From assembly GCA_009782385.1 (NCBI GenBank), contig WRJE01000004.1, positions 1,549 to 65,548 on the forward strand: DNA of 64,000 nt, read 5' to 3'. This document shows positions 52,240 to 62,859 of the stretch, in pieces. A model generated the notes under the pieces. It worked only from the letters and a program-made list of their open reading frames with translations, had not been told where the DNA came from and searched no databases. Source of the DNA: Oscillospiraceae bacterium. Lineage in GTDB: Bacteria > Bacillota > Clostridia > Oscillospirales > UBA929. The position numbers and the translations under genes were made by a program. How positions within the stretch are numbered: position 1 is the first letter of the stretch; every line of letters begins with the position of its first letter.

Positions 52240-53169
52240 TCAGTCTTTCAGCTCTTTGCCCGTGATTTCAAGGAACACATCGTTGAGCGTTGGCGGTTCG
52301 GAGAACACGCGCCCCACCCCCACGTTATTGCGTCTCAGTATATCCAGCACGGGAATCAAAGCGTGGCTTCCGGCGGTATACCGCACGGTCAAGAGATTGT
52401 CCGTGTAGTCAGCCGAAAATGTGCCGTCCAGCTTTTGAATCTCTTTAAGTACGTTCGCGGGCAGGTCGTATATCTCCGCCGTCATCTTCTCGCCTGTGCG
52501 TATCATCGCCTTTAGCTCTTCTTTTGTTCCTGTCGCAACGGCTTTACCGCCCGACATAATCATAATCCGTGTACAGAGCTGCTCGACCTCCTCCATGTAG
52601 TGCGAGGTATAAACTATGGTCGCGCCGTTCCTGTTCAGCTCGCGGATACCCTCAAGTATGTGATTGCGGCTCTGCGGGTCAACCGCCACGGTAGGCTCGT
52701 CAAGAAAGATAAGCTCGGGTTTGTGCGCGATACCGCAAGCTATGTTTAACCTTCTCAGCAGTCCGCCGCTGAGTTTCTTAGGCAGAAATTTACGGAAGTC
52801 ACCAAGTCCCGTGAACTCAACGGCTTCATCCACAAGCTGTCTGCGCTTTGCCTTGTCAGGAACGTAAAGCCCGCAAAAATAGTCGATGTTCTCAATAACG
52901 GTCAGCTCGTTAAAGACCGCGACATTTTGCATGACAACGCCTATGCGCCGTTTCAGCGCGTAGTTATCTGACGACATGGGTTCTCCGAAAAGGTGTACCT
53001 CGCCTTTGCCGTATTTCAGCAATGAGAGCATACAGTTAATAGCGGTTGTCTTGCCCGACCCATTGGGACCTAATAACCCGAAAATCTCGCCTTTTTGAAC
53101 GTTTAGGTCAAAGTGATCTAACGCGAGTAAGTCCCCGTACCTTTTAACTAAACTGCGTACTTGAATCAT
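52240..53169 (-). CDS. ABC transporter ATP-binding protein
   Basis: Walker A GPNGSGKTT, signature LSGGLLRR, Walker B LIFLDEPT. Confidence 0.9.
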   Translation of the reverse strand: MIQVRSLVKRYGDLLALDHFDLNVQKGEIFGLLGPNGSGKTTAINCMLSLLKYGKGEVHLFGEPMSSDNYALKRRIGVVMQNVAVFNELTVIENIDYFCGLYVPDKAKRRQLVDEAVEFTGLGDFRKFLPKKLSGGLLRRLNIACGIAHKPELIFLDEPTVAVDPQSRNHILEGIRELNRNGATIVYTSHYMEEVEQLCTRIMIMSGGKAVATGTKEELKAMIRTGEKMTAEIYDLPANVLKEIQKLDGTFSADYTDNLLTVRYTAGSHALIPVLDILRRNNVGVGRVFSEPPTLNDVFLEITGKELKD

Positions 53170-53303
53170 GAATGCGTCCTCCTATAATTTATATTTCCAT
53201 CATAACAGAGCGTTTTACCGAAAAACAGTGATTACAGTCACGAGATTTTGCCGCGCGAAATGACATTTGTAATTTGCTGTGATATAATGTTGTCGGTGAT
53301 GTT

Positions 53304-54371
53304 ATGCAAAAACTGATTGACAAATTGATATTACTCGGTCTGTGCGTACTCGCGCTGTCAATGACACCGTTCGCGCTTGTAAGCGTAATCGCTCCGCTTG
53401 CGGTGATTGCGGTCAGCTCGTTAAACAGTTATCTGGAAAACCGCCTCCCGATATATCTGTGCGCGTCATATGTGGTAATATGTATGTTCGTACCCGAATT
53501 CGCCTTCTTTCTGCCGCTAATCGTATATGACTGCGCTCATTTTGAAAATCCGCTTCCGCGCTTTTGCTGGATTGCCGCGCTGCCGTTTATTGTAATCGCG
53601 CATAATGTCTTTTTTATAACGGCTATAGTGCTTTTCTCCGCAGTGGCGTTTCTTCTGCATTACAAAACGAATGTTCAACTAAAAATCCAAGGCGACTACT
53701 TCTCGCTTATGGACGATGCCAAGGAACGCGCGGCGCATCTCGAGCGCAGAAACCGCGAGCTTATGGAAAAGCAGGATTATGAGGTAAGGCTTGCGACCCT
53801 TGCGGAACGCAACCGCATTGCCCGCGAAATACATGACAATGTGGGGCATTTGCTCACGCGCTCAATCTTGCAGATTAGCGCGTTACGGGTGGTAAATACA
53901 AGTGAGGGCAAACAGAGCGAAGAGCTTGACCTTGTGCGTGATACTCTCTCCGAAGCGATGGACAGTATTCGCAGCAGTGTGCATGATTTGCGCGACGAGT
54001 CGGTAGATTTGAAAATGCGGTTGGATTCTATGATTGATAAATTTACATTTTGCCCGGTTAAGCTCAATTACAACGCCGATGATTTGCCCGTTGAAATAAA
54101 AATATGCTTTGCTTCTATAGTACGCGAAGCTCTCAGCAACATAGCCAAGCATAGCAACGCCGCCGAGGCGGCAGTCACCGTAACGGAACATCCGGCATTC
54201 TTTCAGCTCGTTATAACCGACAACGGGACGGTTCGGGCAAGCAAAGCAGATCGCGGTATTGGACTTCAAAACATGACCGACCGCATTGACGCTCTGGGTG
54301 GAATATTCCGCGTTGAGAGCGGCAAGGGTTTTAGGATATTTATATCTGTGCCTAAGGGGGAATTAGCGTGA
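53304..54371 (+). CDS. Sensor histidine kinase, HisKA_3 (DesK/LiaS-like) type
   Basis: Polytopic N-terminus. H-box RNRIAREIHDNVGHLLT. GHKL motifs NIAKHSNA and DRGIGLQNM. Confidence 0.85.
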   Translation: MQKLIDKLILLGLCVLALSMTPFALVSVIAPLAVIAVSSLNSYLENRLPIYLCASYVVICMFVPEFAFFLPLIVYDCAHFENPLPRFCWIAALPFIVIAHNVFFITAIVLFSAVAFLLHYKTNVQLKIQGDYFSLMDDAKERAAHLERRNRELMEKQDYEVRLATLAERNRIAREIHDNVGHLLTRSILQISALRVVNTSEGKQSEELDLVRDTLSEAMDSIRSSVHDLRDESVDLKMRLDSMIDKFTFCPVKLNYNADDLPVEIKICFASIVREALSNIAKHSNAAEAAVTVTEHPAFFQLVITDNGTVRASKADRGIGLQNMTDRIDALGGIFRVESGKGFRIFISVPKGELA

Positions 54372-54988
54372 AAGTAGTAATAATCGACGATGACGGCTTT
54401 ATTTGCGCGTCACTGAAAACAATATTACAGGCAGACCCCGAAATTGAGGTTGCCGCCACGGGAACGAGCGGGGAAGAGGCGATAACGCTGTACGAAACCG
54501 TCCGCCCGGACATCCTGCTGACGGACATACGGATGGACGGTCTGAGCGGCTTGGAGGCGGGCGAGCGGATTCTGCAAGCACATCCCGAGGCGAAGATTCT
54601 GTTTCTTACAACCTTTTCCGACAACGAGTATATCGTAAAAGCCCTGCGTATGGGCGCGAAAGGGTATCTGATAAAACAAAACGCCGAGGCTATCGCCCCC
54701 GCGCTGAAAGCTGTCATGTCGGGTCAGAGTGTTTTCGGAAGTGAAGTCGTTTCAAAGCTGCCGTCATTTATAAGCGGTCAGGTAAAACCCGATTTGTCTG
54801 AATACGGCATTATTGAGCGGGAAATGGAAATCATCGAGCAGGTGGCAAAGGGACTGAACAACAAGGAAATCGCGGACACATTGCACCTCAGCGAAGGCAC
54901 GGTCAGAAATTACCTGAGCGTTATTCTGGAAAAGCTCAATTTGCGCGACAGAACTCAACTGGCAGTGTTTTATTACGAAAATCATTGA
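54368..54988 (+). CDS. NarL/LuxR-family response regulator
   Basis: Receiver domain (MKVVIIDDD...DILLTDIRMDGLSG) and a LuxR HTH (EREMEIIEQVAKGLNNKEIADTLHLSEGTVRNY). Confidence 0.9.
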   Translation: MKVVIIDDDGFICASLKTILQADPEIEVAATGTSGEEAITLYETVRPDILLTDIRMDGLSGLEAGERILQAHPEAKILFLTTFSDNEYIVKALRMGAKGYLIKQNAEAIAPALKAVMSGQSVFGSEVVSKLPSFISGQVKPDLSEYGIIEREMEIIEQVAKGLNNKEIADTLHLSEGTVRNYLSVILEKLNLRDRTQLAVFYYENH

Positions 54989-56268
54989 CATTTCAGCAAA
55001 ACCACACATTCAACGTGTCTCGTCCTCGGGAACATATCAACAACGCCCAGTTTTTCCGCCGCAAAACCCCGCTCCGCAAATAGCTTAACATCCCGCGCCA
55101 GTGTCGCGGGGTCGCAGGAAACATAAACAATCCTGTTCGGTTCAAGGGCTGTTACAGCGTTTATCGCCTTAGCGTCCAACCCGCTTCTGGGCGGGTCTAA
55201 TACAACGGCTTCAACACGTTGCGGCAATTTGACCGTTCCCGCGTCGCCAAGGAAAAACTCCGCGTTTACAACGCCGTTTCGCTTGGCGTTCCGTTTCGCG
55301 CACTCAACGGATTCAGCAACTATTTCAACGCCGAATACCTTTTCGGCTCTGCGTGCCGTCCACAGGGTCAGTGTCCCCGTGCCGCAGTACAAATCGGCGG
55401 CGGCGGAGCAGTCGCCGATATATTCACTCGCGAGATTGTACAGCTTGACCGCCTGTTTCGTATTCACCTGCGCGAACGCGAACGGGTGCAGCTCAAACAC
55501 AAATTCGCCTAACCGCTCGTCAAGCGTCAGTTCGCCCCATAGTGTTTTTATGCTGCCCGCAAGCAGAACATTGTCTGCACGCGGGTTTTCTATTACGAGA
55601 ATACTCTTAATATCACGGCAATTCTCGCGCAAATCCGATACCCAAGCATCGGAATTATCAAGCCCGCCATTGACGACTAATGCCGCCTGAACCCCGAACT
55701 CCGTAGCTCTTACCATCAAATGCCGCGCGGTTCGGATGTTATATTTTTCCAGAAACTCCCTCGTAACGCGGGCGCAGTCATTTATCTGCGGCGCGTTCGT
55801 TTTACATTCAAGGTACGGCACAATGTCGTGGGTTCGGGATCTGTAGTATCCCATTGCGATTTCATTCCCGCCTATCGGGATGACCGCCTTATTGCGGTAT
55901 CCGCCCACGCTGTCCGCTCCTATAATGTCATTCGCGCTCAACTCAACTCCGCCGATACGTTTTAACGCCTGCTCGGCTTTATTAACCTTGAAACGCAGTT
56001 CTTCATCATAGCTTATATGCCGCAAGTCACAGCTCCCGCATTTGGGAAACACGGCGCAGTCATCGGAAACGCGCTGTTCCGACGGCGTAATAAGCTCCTC
56101 TATTCTGCCCCAAACCGCTTTTTTATCGGCACTGATAACCTTAACTGCCGCAATGTCACCCCGCGCCGCCCCGCGCACAAAGACGGCGTGTCCCTCATGG
56201 CGGCACACGCCCATACCCTCGCTGTTATAGTCTATAATTTTGGCGGTAAATATGTCGTTTTTAGTCAT
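54982..56268 (-). CDS. 23S rRNA (uracil-5-)-methyltransferase, RlmD/RumA family
   Basis: N-terminal TRAM domain, Fe-S Cys cluster (CAVFPKCGSCDLRH), SAM motif DLYCGTGT, and C-terminal YVSCDPATLARD. Confidence 0.85.
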   Translation of the reverse strand: MTKNDIFTAKIIDYNSEGMGVCRHEGHAVFVRGAARGDIAAVKVISADKKAVWGRIEELITPSEQRVSDDCAVFPKCGSCDLRHISYDEELRFKVNKAEQALKRIGGVELSANDIIGADSVGGYRNKAVIPIGGNEIAMGYYRSRTHDIVPYLECKTNAPQINDCARVTREFLEKYNIRTARHLMVRATEFGVQAALVVNGGLDNSDAWVSDLRENCRDIKSILVIENPRADNVLLAGSIKTLWGELTLDERLGEFVFELHPFAFAQVNTKQAVKLYNLASEYIGDCSAAADLYCGTGTLTLWTARRAEKVFGVEIVAESVECAKRNAKRNGVVNAEFFLGDAGTVKLPQRVEAVVLDPPRSGLDAKAINAVTALEPNRIVYVSCDPATLARDVKLFAERGFAAEKLGVVDMFPRTRHVECVVLLKCQ

Positions 56269-56375
56269 AGCGGTCTTCTTTCATTCATTTTATAGAAATA
56301 TTGTACTATAAAAAGTGAAATATGCAAGTGTTTTACGTAATTATTTCAGAAAGCGGAGAAAACGCCAAATATTGT

Positions 56376-56404
56376 TTGACTTTGACGTATTAAGCATATA
56401 TAAT
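56376..56404 (+). promoter_or_regulatory. Sigma-A type promoter of carB
   Basis: TTGACT (56376-56381), 17 nt spacer, TATAAT (56399-56404). Confidence 0.45.
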
Positions 56405-56432
56405 GTATAACTGCGAACAGGGGGAATATTAT

Positions 56433-59400
56433 ATGCCAAAAAGAACGGATATTAAAAAGATACTTATAATCGGCTCAGGGCCGATTATTATCGGGCAAGC
56501 GTGTGAGTTCGATTACTCAGGCACTCAGGCGTGCAAGGCGTTGAGGGCGTTGGGATATGAGATAGTGTTGGTAAACTCCAATCCGGCAACGATAATGACA
56601 GACCCTTCCACCGCCGATGTCACATATATCGAGCCGCTGAATGCCGCGAGGCTTGCGGAGATTATTGAAAAGGAACGCCCCGATGCCCTGTTGCCCAACT
56701 TAGGCGGGCAGTCCGGATTGAATCTCTGTTCGGAACTGGGCAAGGCGGGCATTATTGATAAATTCGGTGTTAAGGTAATCGGTGTGCAGATTGACGCGAT
56801 TGAGCGCGGTGAGGACAGGATTGCCTTTAAGAACGCGATGGACGAGCTGGGTATCGAGATGGCGCGTTCTGAACCCGCGTATTCGGTCGAGCAGGCGGAG
56901 GATATAGCCGAAAGGCTCGGTTACCCCTGCGTAATACGCCCCGCGTATACTATGGGCGGCGCGGGCGGCGGTTTTGTTCATAACGCGGATGAACTCCGCG
57001 TTATTGCCGGGCGGGGTATTTCGGCAAGTATGGTCGGGCAGATTTTGGTCGAGGAGTCTATCGCAGGGTGGGAAGAACTTGAACTTGAGATTGTCCGCGA
57101 CAGCAAGGGGCATATGATAACCGTCTGCTTCATTGAAAATATCGACCCGTTGGGCGTGCATACGGGCGACTCGTTCTGCGCCGCGCCAATGCTGACTATA
57201 TCTGAAGACACTCAAAAGCGTTTGCAGGAGGCGGCATATAAAATCGTCGAATCCATACAGGTAATAGGCGGTACGAACGTACAATTCGCGCACGACCCGA
57301 AAACCGGGCGATTTGTCGTTATAGAGATAAACCCGCGCACATCGCGCTCGTCCGCGCTCGCGTCAAAGGCAACGGGCTTTCCCATCGCGCTTGTTTCGGC
57401 ACAGCTCGCGGCGGGGCTTACTCTCGATGAACTGCCCTGCGGCAGGCACGGCACGTTGGATAAATATGTACCCGCAAGCGATTACGTTGTAATTAAATTC
57501 GCCCGTTGGGCGTTTGAGAAATTTCGCGGCTCGCATGATAAGCTCGGCACACAGATGAAAGCGGTGGGCGAGGTTATGAGCATCGGAAAGACATACAAAG
57601 AGGCGTTTCAAAAAGCTATCCGCAGTCTTGAAATCGGGCGTTACGGTCTTGGCGGCGTGTTCCCTGACGAGACTAAGGAAAATCTTCTTGATATGCTGAA
57701 AAATCCGAGCAGCGAGCGGCACTTTATAGCTTATGAGGCTTTGAAGAAGGGCGCGGCAGTCGATGAAATAGTAAGCATCACAAAGATAAAACGGTACTTT
57801 GTCGAACAGATGAACGAACTGGTCGAGACAGAGAAAAACCTTGTCGCCGCCGGAAAATCCGTTGACGGCGAGCTGCTCGTTAACGCTAAGAAAGACGGCT
57901 TCTCCGACCGCTACATCGCGGGATTGACGGGATTGACGGGATTGACGGAGGAACAGATACGCGGAAAGCGCGTTGGCTTGGGTGTTAACGGCGCGTGGGA
58001 TTCAATCCACGTCTGCGGCACGGAGGACGCGGCGTATTATTATTCGACATACTGCTCCGTGGGGCGCGGCGACCCCGACAAGCCGAGAGAGACCTCAAAA
58101 CGCGATAAGGTTATTATATTGGGCGGCGGTCCGAACCGTATAGGGCAGGGCATAGAGTTCGACTACTGCTGTGTTCACGCGGCGTTTGCCCTGCGGGACT
58201 TGGGTTTTGAAACGATTGTCGTCAACTGCAATCCCGAAACGGTGTCCACGGATTACGACACCTCCGACAGGCTCTATTTTGAGCCGCTGACACTTGAGGA
58301 TGTTTTGAGTATTTACGAGGAGGAAAAACCCTTGGGCGTTATCGCGCAGTTCGGCGGGCAGACACCGCTGAACTTGGCGTTCGAGCTGGAACGCGCGGGA
58401 GTTAACGTGCTTGGCACGTCACCCGGTGCTATAGACTTGGCGGAAGACCGCGACAGATTCGCTAAGATAATGGAAGATTTAGGGATTCCCATGCCCGAAG
58501 CGGGCATGGCGGACAATGTAGATGACGCGCTGAAAGTTGCGGAGAAAATCGGCTACCCGCTGATGGTACGACCGTCGTATGTCTTGGGCGGACGCGGCAT
58601 GGAGGTCGTCTATGACGCGGACGCGCTGAAACGCTACATGAAAGCCGCGATTGGCGTGACCCCCGAACGTCCGATACTGCTTGACCGTTTTCTGTCTAAC
58701 GCCCTTGAGTGCGAATCTGACGCGATAAGCGATGGGGAAAACGTATTTGTCCCCGCCGTCATGGAGCATATTGAACTGGCGGGCATACACTCGGGCGATT
58801 CGGCGTGTGTCCTGCCGCCCGTCACAATACCTGATGATACAACGGAGACGATTATAGAATATACGCAGAAGATAGCGAAGGCACTCAATGTCGTGGGACT
58901 TATGAATATACAGTACGCCATTGAAAGCGGGCGGGTGTATGTGCTTGAGGCAAATCCCCGCGCTTCGCGCACAGTACCGCTTGTCAGCAAGGTGTGCAGC
59001 GTGAATATGGTACGCATAGCGACTGAAATCATAACCGCCGCCGTCACGGGGCGAAAATCTCCCGTGTTGGAATTAAAACGTAAAAAAATCCCCTACTTCG
59101 GGGTTAAAGAGTGTGTTTTGCCGTTTAATATGTTCCCGGAGGTCGATCCAATACTCGGACCGGAAATGCGCTCGACCGGAGAGGTTCTCGGCATAGGTAT
59201 TTCAATGGGCGAGGCGTTCAGAAAGGCGCAGGAGGCGACGGGTACGAGACTTCCCGCTTCCGGCACGGTGCTTCTAACCGTCAGCGACAGGGACAAAAGG
59301 GAAGCGATAGAAATAGCGCGTATGTTTGTCGGGCTGGGGTTTAGGCTTATATCCACTGCCGGAACTCATGCCGCGCTGAAAGCAAACGGCATAGAGAGTG

Positions 59401-59654
59401 TTTCCGTAAACAAAATCCACGAGGGCGGTCATAATATTTTTGACGCGCTGGTTAACAATGAAGTTGACCTTTTGATTAACACGCAGTCCGGCAGCATGAG
59501 CGCGCATGACGACAGCTATATCCGCAAAGCCGCCATACGCCACAACGTGCCTTATGTAACGACAATGGCGGCGGCTCGCGCCGCCGCGTTGGGAATCGGT
59601 TCGCCCGATGGCGGAGTTAAGGCTCTGCAGGAGTATCACAAGGATATTATGTGA
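56433..59654 (+). CDS. carB: Carbamoyl-phosphate synthase large subunit
   Basis: [25 protein letters not shown]. Duplicated ATP-grasp halves and an MGS-like C-domain. ~1073 aa. No carA next to it. Confidence 0.95.
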   Translation: MPKRTDIKKILIIGSGPIIIGQACEFDYSGTQACKALRALGYEIVLVNSNPATIMTDPSTADVTYIEPLNAARLAEIIEKERPDALLPNLGGQSGLNLCSELGKAGIIDKFGVKVIGVQIDAIERGEDRIAFKNAMDELGIEMARSEPAYSVEQAEDIAERLGYPCVIRPAYTMGGAGGGFVHNADELRVIAGRGISASMVGQILVEESIAGWEELELEIVRDSKGHMITVCFIENIDPLGVHTGDSFCAAPMLTISEDTQKRLQEAAYKIVESIQVIGGTNVQFAHDPKTGRFVVIEINPRTSRSSALASKATGFPIALVSAQLAAGLTLDELPCGRHGTLDKYVPASDYVVIKFARWAFEKFRGSHDKLGTQMKAVGEVMSIGKTYKEAFQKAIRSLEIGRYGLGGVFPDETKENLLDMLKNPSSERHFIAYEALKKGAAVDEIVSITKIKRYFVEQMNELVETEKNLVAAGKSVDGELLVNAKKDGFSDRYIAGLTGLTGLTEEQIRGKRVGLGVNGAWDSIHVCGTEDAAYYYSTYCSVGRGDPDKPRETSKRDKVIILGGGPNRIGQGIEFDYCCVHAAFALRDLGFETIVVNCNPETVSTDYDTSDRLYFEPLTLEDVLSIYEEEKPLGVIAQFGGQTPLNLAFELERAGVNVLGTSPGAIDLAEDRDRFAKIMEDLGIPMPEAGMADNVDDALKVAEKIGYPLMVRPSYVLGGRGMEVVYDADALKRYMKAAIGVTPERPILLDRFLSNALECESDAISDGENVFVPAVMEHIELAGIHSGDSACVLPPVTIPDDTTETIIEYTQKIAKALNVVGLMNIQYAIESGRVYVLEANPRASRTVPLVSKVCSVNMVRIATEIITAAVTGRKSPVLELKRKKIPYFGVKECVLPFNMFPEVDPILGPEMRSTGEVLGIGISMGEAFRKAQEATGTRLPASGTVLLTVSDRDKREAIEIARMFVGLGFRLISTAGTHAALKANGIESVSVNKIHEGGHNIFDALVNNEVDLLINTQSGSMSAHDDSYIRKAAIRHNVPYVTTMAAARAAALGIGSPDGGVKALQEYHKDIM
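57921..57947 (+). repeat. In-frame 9-bp tandem triplication inside carB
   Basis: ggattgacg x3, encoding GLT-GLT-GLT. Confidence 0.95.
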
Positions 59655-60216
59655 TTTTCCTGCTGCCGGGTTTGACAAGCTCCAACTTCCCCTCTTTGCA
59701 CAGTGGGCAGTCGTCCGCGTCATAGCTCTCGACATTGAATTTTACCGCCGGATACCGTGGAAACCCCAAGTCACCCGTGTATCTGTCCGCAATACACGCA
59801 ACCCCAACGACCGTACCGCCCGCCGCGCGTATGACATCCGCCGTTTCTAGGGTGGACTTGCCTGTCGTGACAACATCCTCCATTATGATAACCTTCGCGC
59901 CGGGCTTTATGACAAATCCGCGCCGCAGGCACATAACGCCGTTCTCGCGTTCGGTGAATACATTGGGCTTGCCTGTCTGGCGCGACAGCTCATATGCCGC
60001 TATGATACCGCCCATGGCGGGACCGACTATAATATCAAAGTCCACATTTTTCAACTGTTCAGCCACCGGGGCGATAACTTCGGCGGCTGTTTTCGGGTCT
60101 TCAAACAATCTCGCGCATTGGCAGTAGCGGTTGGAGTGCCGCCCGGACGAGAGCAGGAAATGCCCCTCTAGGTACGCTCCGGCGTTGGTTAGCGCGGTTA
60201 TGGTTGTGTTGTTCAT
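59647..60216 (-). CDS. pyrE: Orotate phosphoribosyltransferase
   Basis: [14 protein letters not shown]... and the PRPP motif [13 protein letters not shown]. Start at the ATG at 60216; the longer ORF runs through a REP cluster. Confidence 0.9.
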   Translation of the reverse strand: MNNTTITALTNAGAYLEGHFLLSSGRHSNRYCQCARLFEDPKTAAEVIAPVAEQLKNVDFDIIVGPAMGGIIAAYELSRQTGKPNVFTERENGVMCLRRGFVIKPGAKVIIMEDVVTTGKSTLETADVIRAAGGTVVGVACIADRYTGDLGFPRYPAVKFNVESYDADDCPLCKEGKLELVKPGSRKIT

Positions 60217-60251
60217 ATTATCGTTCCTTTCTTGAAATATTACGTTTTTTT

Positions 60252-60363
60252 GTAGGGTGCGCCGCCCTCGGCGCACCGTTGTAAATATTACCGCCGATGA
60301 CAGGGAAAATGGCGGAACGCACAGGATAGGAAACGGCGGAACGCCGAGGGCGGCGTTCCCTAC
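60252..60363. repeat. Inverted pair of REP-like units between pyrD and pyrE
   Basis: GTAGGGTGCGCCGccctCGGCGCACC (60252-60277). GGAACGCCGagggCGGCGTTCCCTAC (60338-60363). The CTAC supplies the pyrD stop. Confidence 0.85.
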
Positions 60364-61256
60364 AATACACCTCTTATTTCGTCCAGATTTTTTATTCCCA
60401 AACTGTCCATCAGTTCCGGCAGTTCGCCTGTGATTTCCGCGCCTGCCATGGGGTTTACGAAGTTCGCCGTTCCGATCTGAACACACGCCGCGCCCGCCAT
60501 GATAAATTCCAAGACATCGGCGGCATTGCTTATGCCGCCAAGCCCCACAACGGGTATTTTTACCGCCTTACATACCTCATAGACCATCCTCAGCGCAACG
60601 GGTTTTACCGCAGGACCGGACAATCCCGCAAACACATTGTCAAAAACGGGTTTTCTCGCGGCTATATCAACCGCCATACCTTTGAGCGTGTTTATCAGCG
60701 ACAGCGCGTCCGCGCCCGCGTCCGCGCAAGCCGCCGCCATATCTGTTATGTCCTCCGCGTTGGGAGACAGCTTAACCATCAGCGGCTTTTTGCAGTGTTT
60801 TCTTATCTCGCGCACAAAATCATGCGCCACTTTCGACTTTATGCCATACGCCATGCCGCCTTTTTTTACGTTGGGGCATGAGATGTTAAGCTCGATTATA
60901 TCCGCGCCCGTTTTATTAAGCAGGTTTATGCTCTCGATGTAGTCCTCAGGCTCATTGCCGCCGACATTGACGATTACAGCCGTCCCAAGCCCGAGCATGA
61001 AAGGCAGTTCACGCTCGATAAACGCGGCGACACCGGGATTTTGCAATCCTACGCTGTTAAGCATACCCATCGGTGTTTCATGCACGCGCCGCCCGCCGTT
61101 GCCCTCGCGCGGCTCTAATGTCAGACCCTTTGTGCATATGCCTCCGAGCTTTGACAAGTCGTAAAACGCTGAATACTCGCGCCCGAATCCGAATGTGCCT
61201 GATGCCATTATAACGGGGTTTTTCAGCTCAATCCCGCAGAGATTCACTCTTACCAT
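60360..61256 (-). CDS. pyrD: Dihydroorotate dehydrogenase (class 1B) catalytic subunit
   Basis: [13 protein letters not shown]...ELNISCPN...[13 protein letters not shown]...GGISNAAD. Start at the ATG at 61256. Confidence 0.9.
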   Translation of the reverse strand: MVRVNLCGIELKNPVIMASGTFGFGREYSAFYDLSKLGGICTKGLTLEPREGNGGRRVHETPMGMLNSVGLQNPGVAAFIERELPFMLGLGTAVIVNVGGNEPEDYIESINLLNKTGADIIELNISCPNVKKGGMAYGIKSKVAHDFVREIRKHCKKPLMVKLSPNAEDITDMAAACADAGADALSLINTLKGMAVDIAARKPVFDNVFAGLSGPAVKPVALRMVYEVCKAVKIPVVGLGGISNAADVLEFIMAGAACVQIGTANFVNPMAGAEITGELPELMDSLGIKNLDEIRGVL

Positions 61257-61996
61257 AACAACTCGCCCCCCTTGAACACAGGACCATCGGCACAGCACCG
61301 TTCATTGCCGTTGACAGTCTTGCACGTACAGCACAGGCAAGCACCCACGCCGCAAGCCATGTATCTGTCCATGGAGATAAGCAGCGGTACGTTCGCCTTT
61401 ACGCACATTTGCGCGACCGCTTTTGAAAAACCCTCCGAACCGCAAGCCAGAATAAGGTCAAAATCCTTCGGGTCAAACAGTTCCGTTACAAGGCCTCTAT
61501 GCCCCTCAACGCCGTTGTCGGTGGCGATTTTTGTGTGCGGCGTGCCGAGGGCGTTGCGCCCTACAAATCTGTACGTCAGATAACTTTCACCATGAAACCC
61601 GCAGAAACACTCGTACTCGCACGTCAGCCTTTTGCAGACCTCAATAAACGGCGCGATACCGATACTGCCGGACACCACCGCGACACGCTTATGCTTATTG
61701 ATAAAATCCATATCAAAGCCGTTGCCGAGCGGCCCGGTGAGATTTATTTCGTCACCCACACGCATTTCTGAAAACTCCAGTGTACCCGCGCCCACAACGG
61801 CATAGCAGAACTCCAACCAACCGCCCCCTATTTCGCACACGCTTATGGGGCGCGGCAGAAGCTCCCCGCGGGGTTGCAGCATATAGAACTGACCCGGTTT
61901 TACACTTTCGGTTTCTGCGGTTACTTTCATGCTGTAAATGCCTTCGGTTATTTTGTCGTTTGAGATTATTTCAGCGCGTGAATATTTCATAGACAC
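61250..61996 (-). CDS. pyrK: Dihydroorotate dehydrogenase electron-transfer subunit
   Basis: FAD/NAD-binding fold and a C-terminal [2Fe-2S] motif [11 protein letters not shown]. Precedes pyrD. Confidence 0.85.
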   Translation of the reverse strand: MSMKYSRAEIISNDKITEGIYSMKVTAETESVKPGQFYMLQPRGELLPRPISVCEIGGGWLEFCYAVVGAGTLEFSEMRVGDEINLTGPLGNGFDMDFINKHKRVAVVSGSIGIAPFIEVCKRLTCEYECFCGFHGESYLTYRFVGRNALGTPHTKIATDNGVEGHRGLVTELFDPKDFDLILACGSEGFSKAVAQMCVKANVPLLISMDRYMACGVGACLCCTCKTVNGNERCCADGPVFKGGELLW

Positions 61997-62844
61997 CCGC
62001 CAATCGCGTCACGCATTCTTACCGTCTCTTCTCTCGCGTAATGCTCGAAACGCTCCGAACCGTCCGGGTGTTTTTTATAGGCGGTCAATATCGCGCGTGA
62101 GCTGTTGACGACACCGCCGTTGCCGTCTTTCAGGAACAGCGCGGCATCTCCCGCGCTTCCACCCTGCGCTCCGAATCCGGGTATCAGCAGGAATGTTGTC
62201 GCGAGCATTTCCCGCAGTTTTTTAATTTCATCGGTGTTTGTCGCGCCCATGACCGCGCCGACAGATGAGTAGCCGCATTCTCCCATGTATTTTTTGCCCA
62301 GCTTTTGCAATTTTTCGCCGACAATCTCATAGACCTTTTTCCCGATGTCGGTCGTTAAGTATTGGATGTCGAACGATCCGGTGTTGGACGTTCGCATAAG
62401 CGCGAAACAACCCTTGCCCTTTGCGAAATACGGCTCGAACGGTTCGAGCGTATCCATGCCCATGTATGGGTTCAGCGTTACAAAGTCAGCCTCGAAGTCG
62501 CCGGAGAAGTGCGCTTTGGCGTACATTTCCGCCGTCTCTTTGATGTCGCCGCGCTTTATGTCCGCTATGACGAGCTGCCCCACGCTCTTAATGTACTTCA
62601 GTGTTTCGGCGTAAGCCGCAAGCCCGTCCAGACCCAACGCTTCGTAATAGGCTATCTGAACCTTGTAGCAGGCTACAACGTCATGCGTTGCGTCGATGAG
62701 CTTTTTGTTGAACGCGAAGACCGCTTTACCCGGTGTGCCGTAATTCTTTTTGAACTCCTCGGGAATGTATGCAGGGGACGTATCCAACCCAAGACACACC
62801 ACGCCGTTTTTGGCGACATTCTTAAAAAGTTTGTCGATGTTCAT
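61987..62844 (-). CDS. pyrF: Orotidine-5'-phosphate decarboxylase (long, type 2 form)
   Basis: VCLGLD...YKVQIAYYE...VIADIKRGDI...LIPGFGAQGG. Confidence 0.9.
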   Translation of the reverse strand: MNIDKLFKNVAKNGVVCLGLDTSPAYIPEEFKKNYGTPGKAVFAFNKKLIDATHDVVACYKVQIAYYEALGLDGLAAYAETLKYIKSVGQLVIADIKRGDIKETAEMYAKAHFSGDFEADFVTLNPYMGMDTLEPFEPYFAKGKGCFALMRTSNTGSFDIQYLTTDIGKKVYEIVGEKLQKLGKKYMGECGYSSVGAVMGATNTDEIKKLREMLATTFLLIPGFGAQGGSAGDAALFLKDGNGGVVNSSRAILTAYKKHPDGSERFEHYAREETVRMRDAIGGCL

Positions 62845-62859
62845 ATTATCCTCCCTTAT

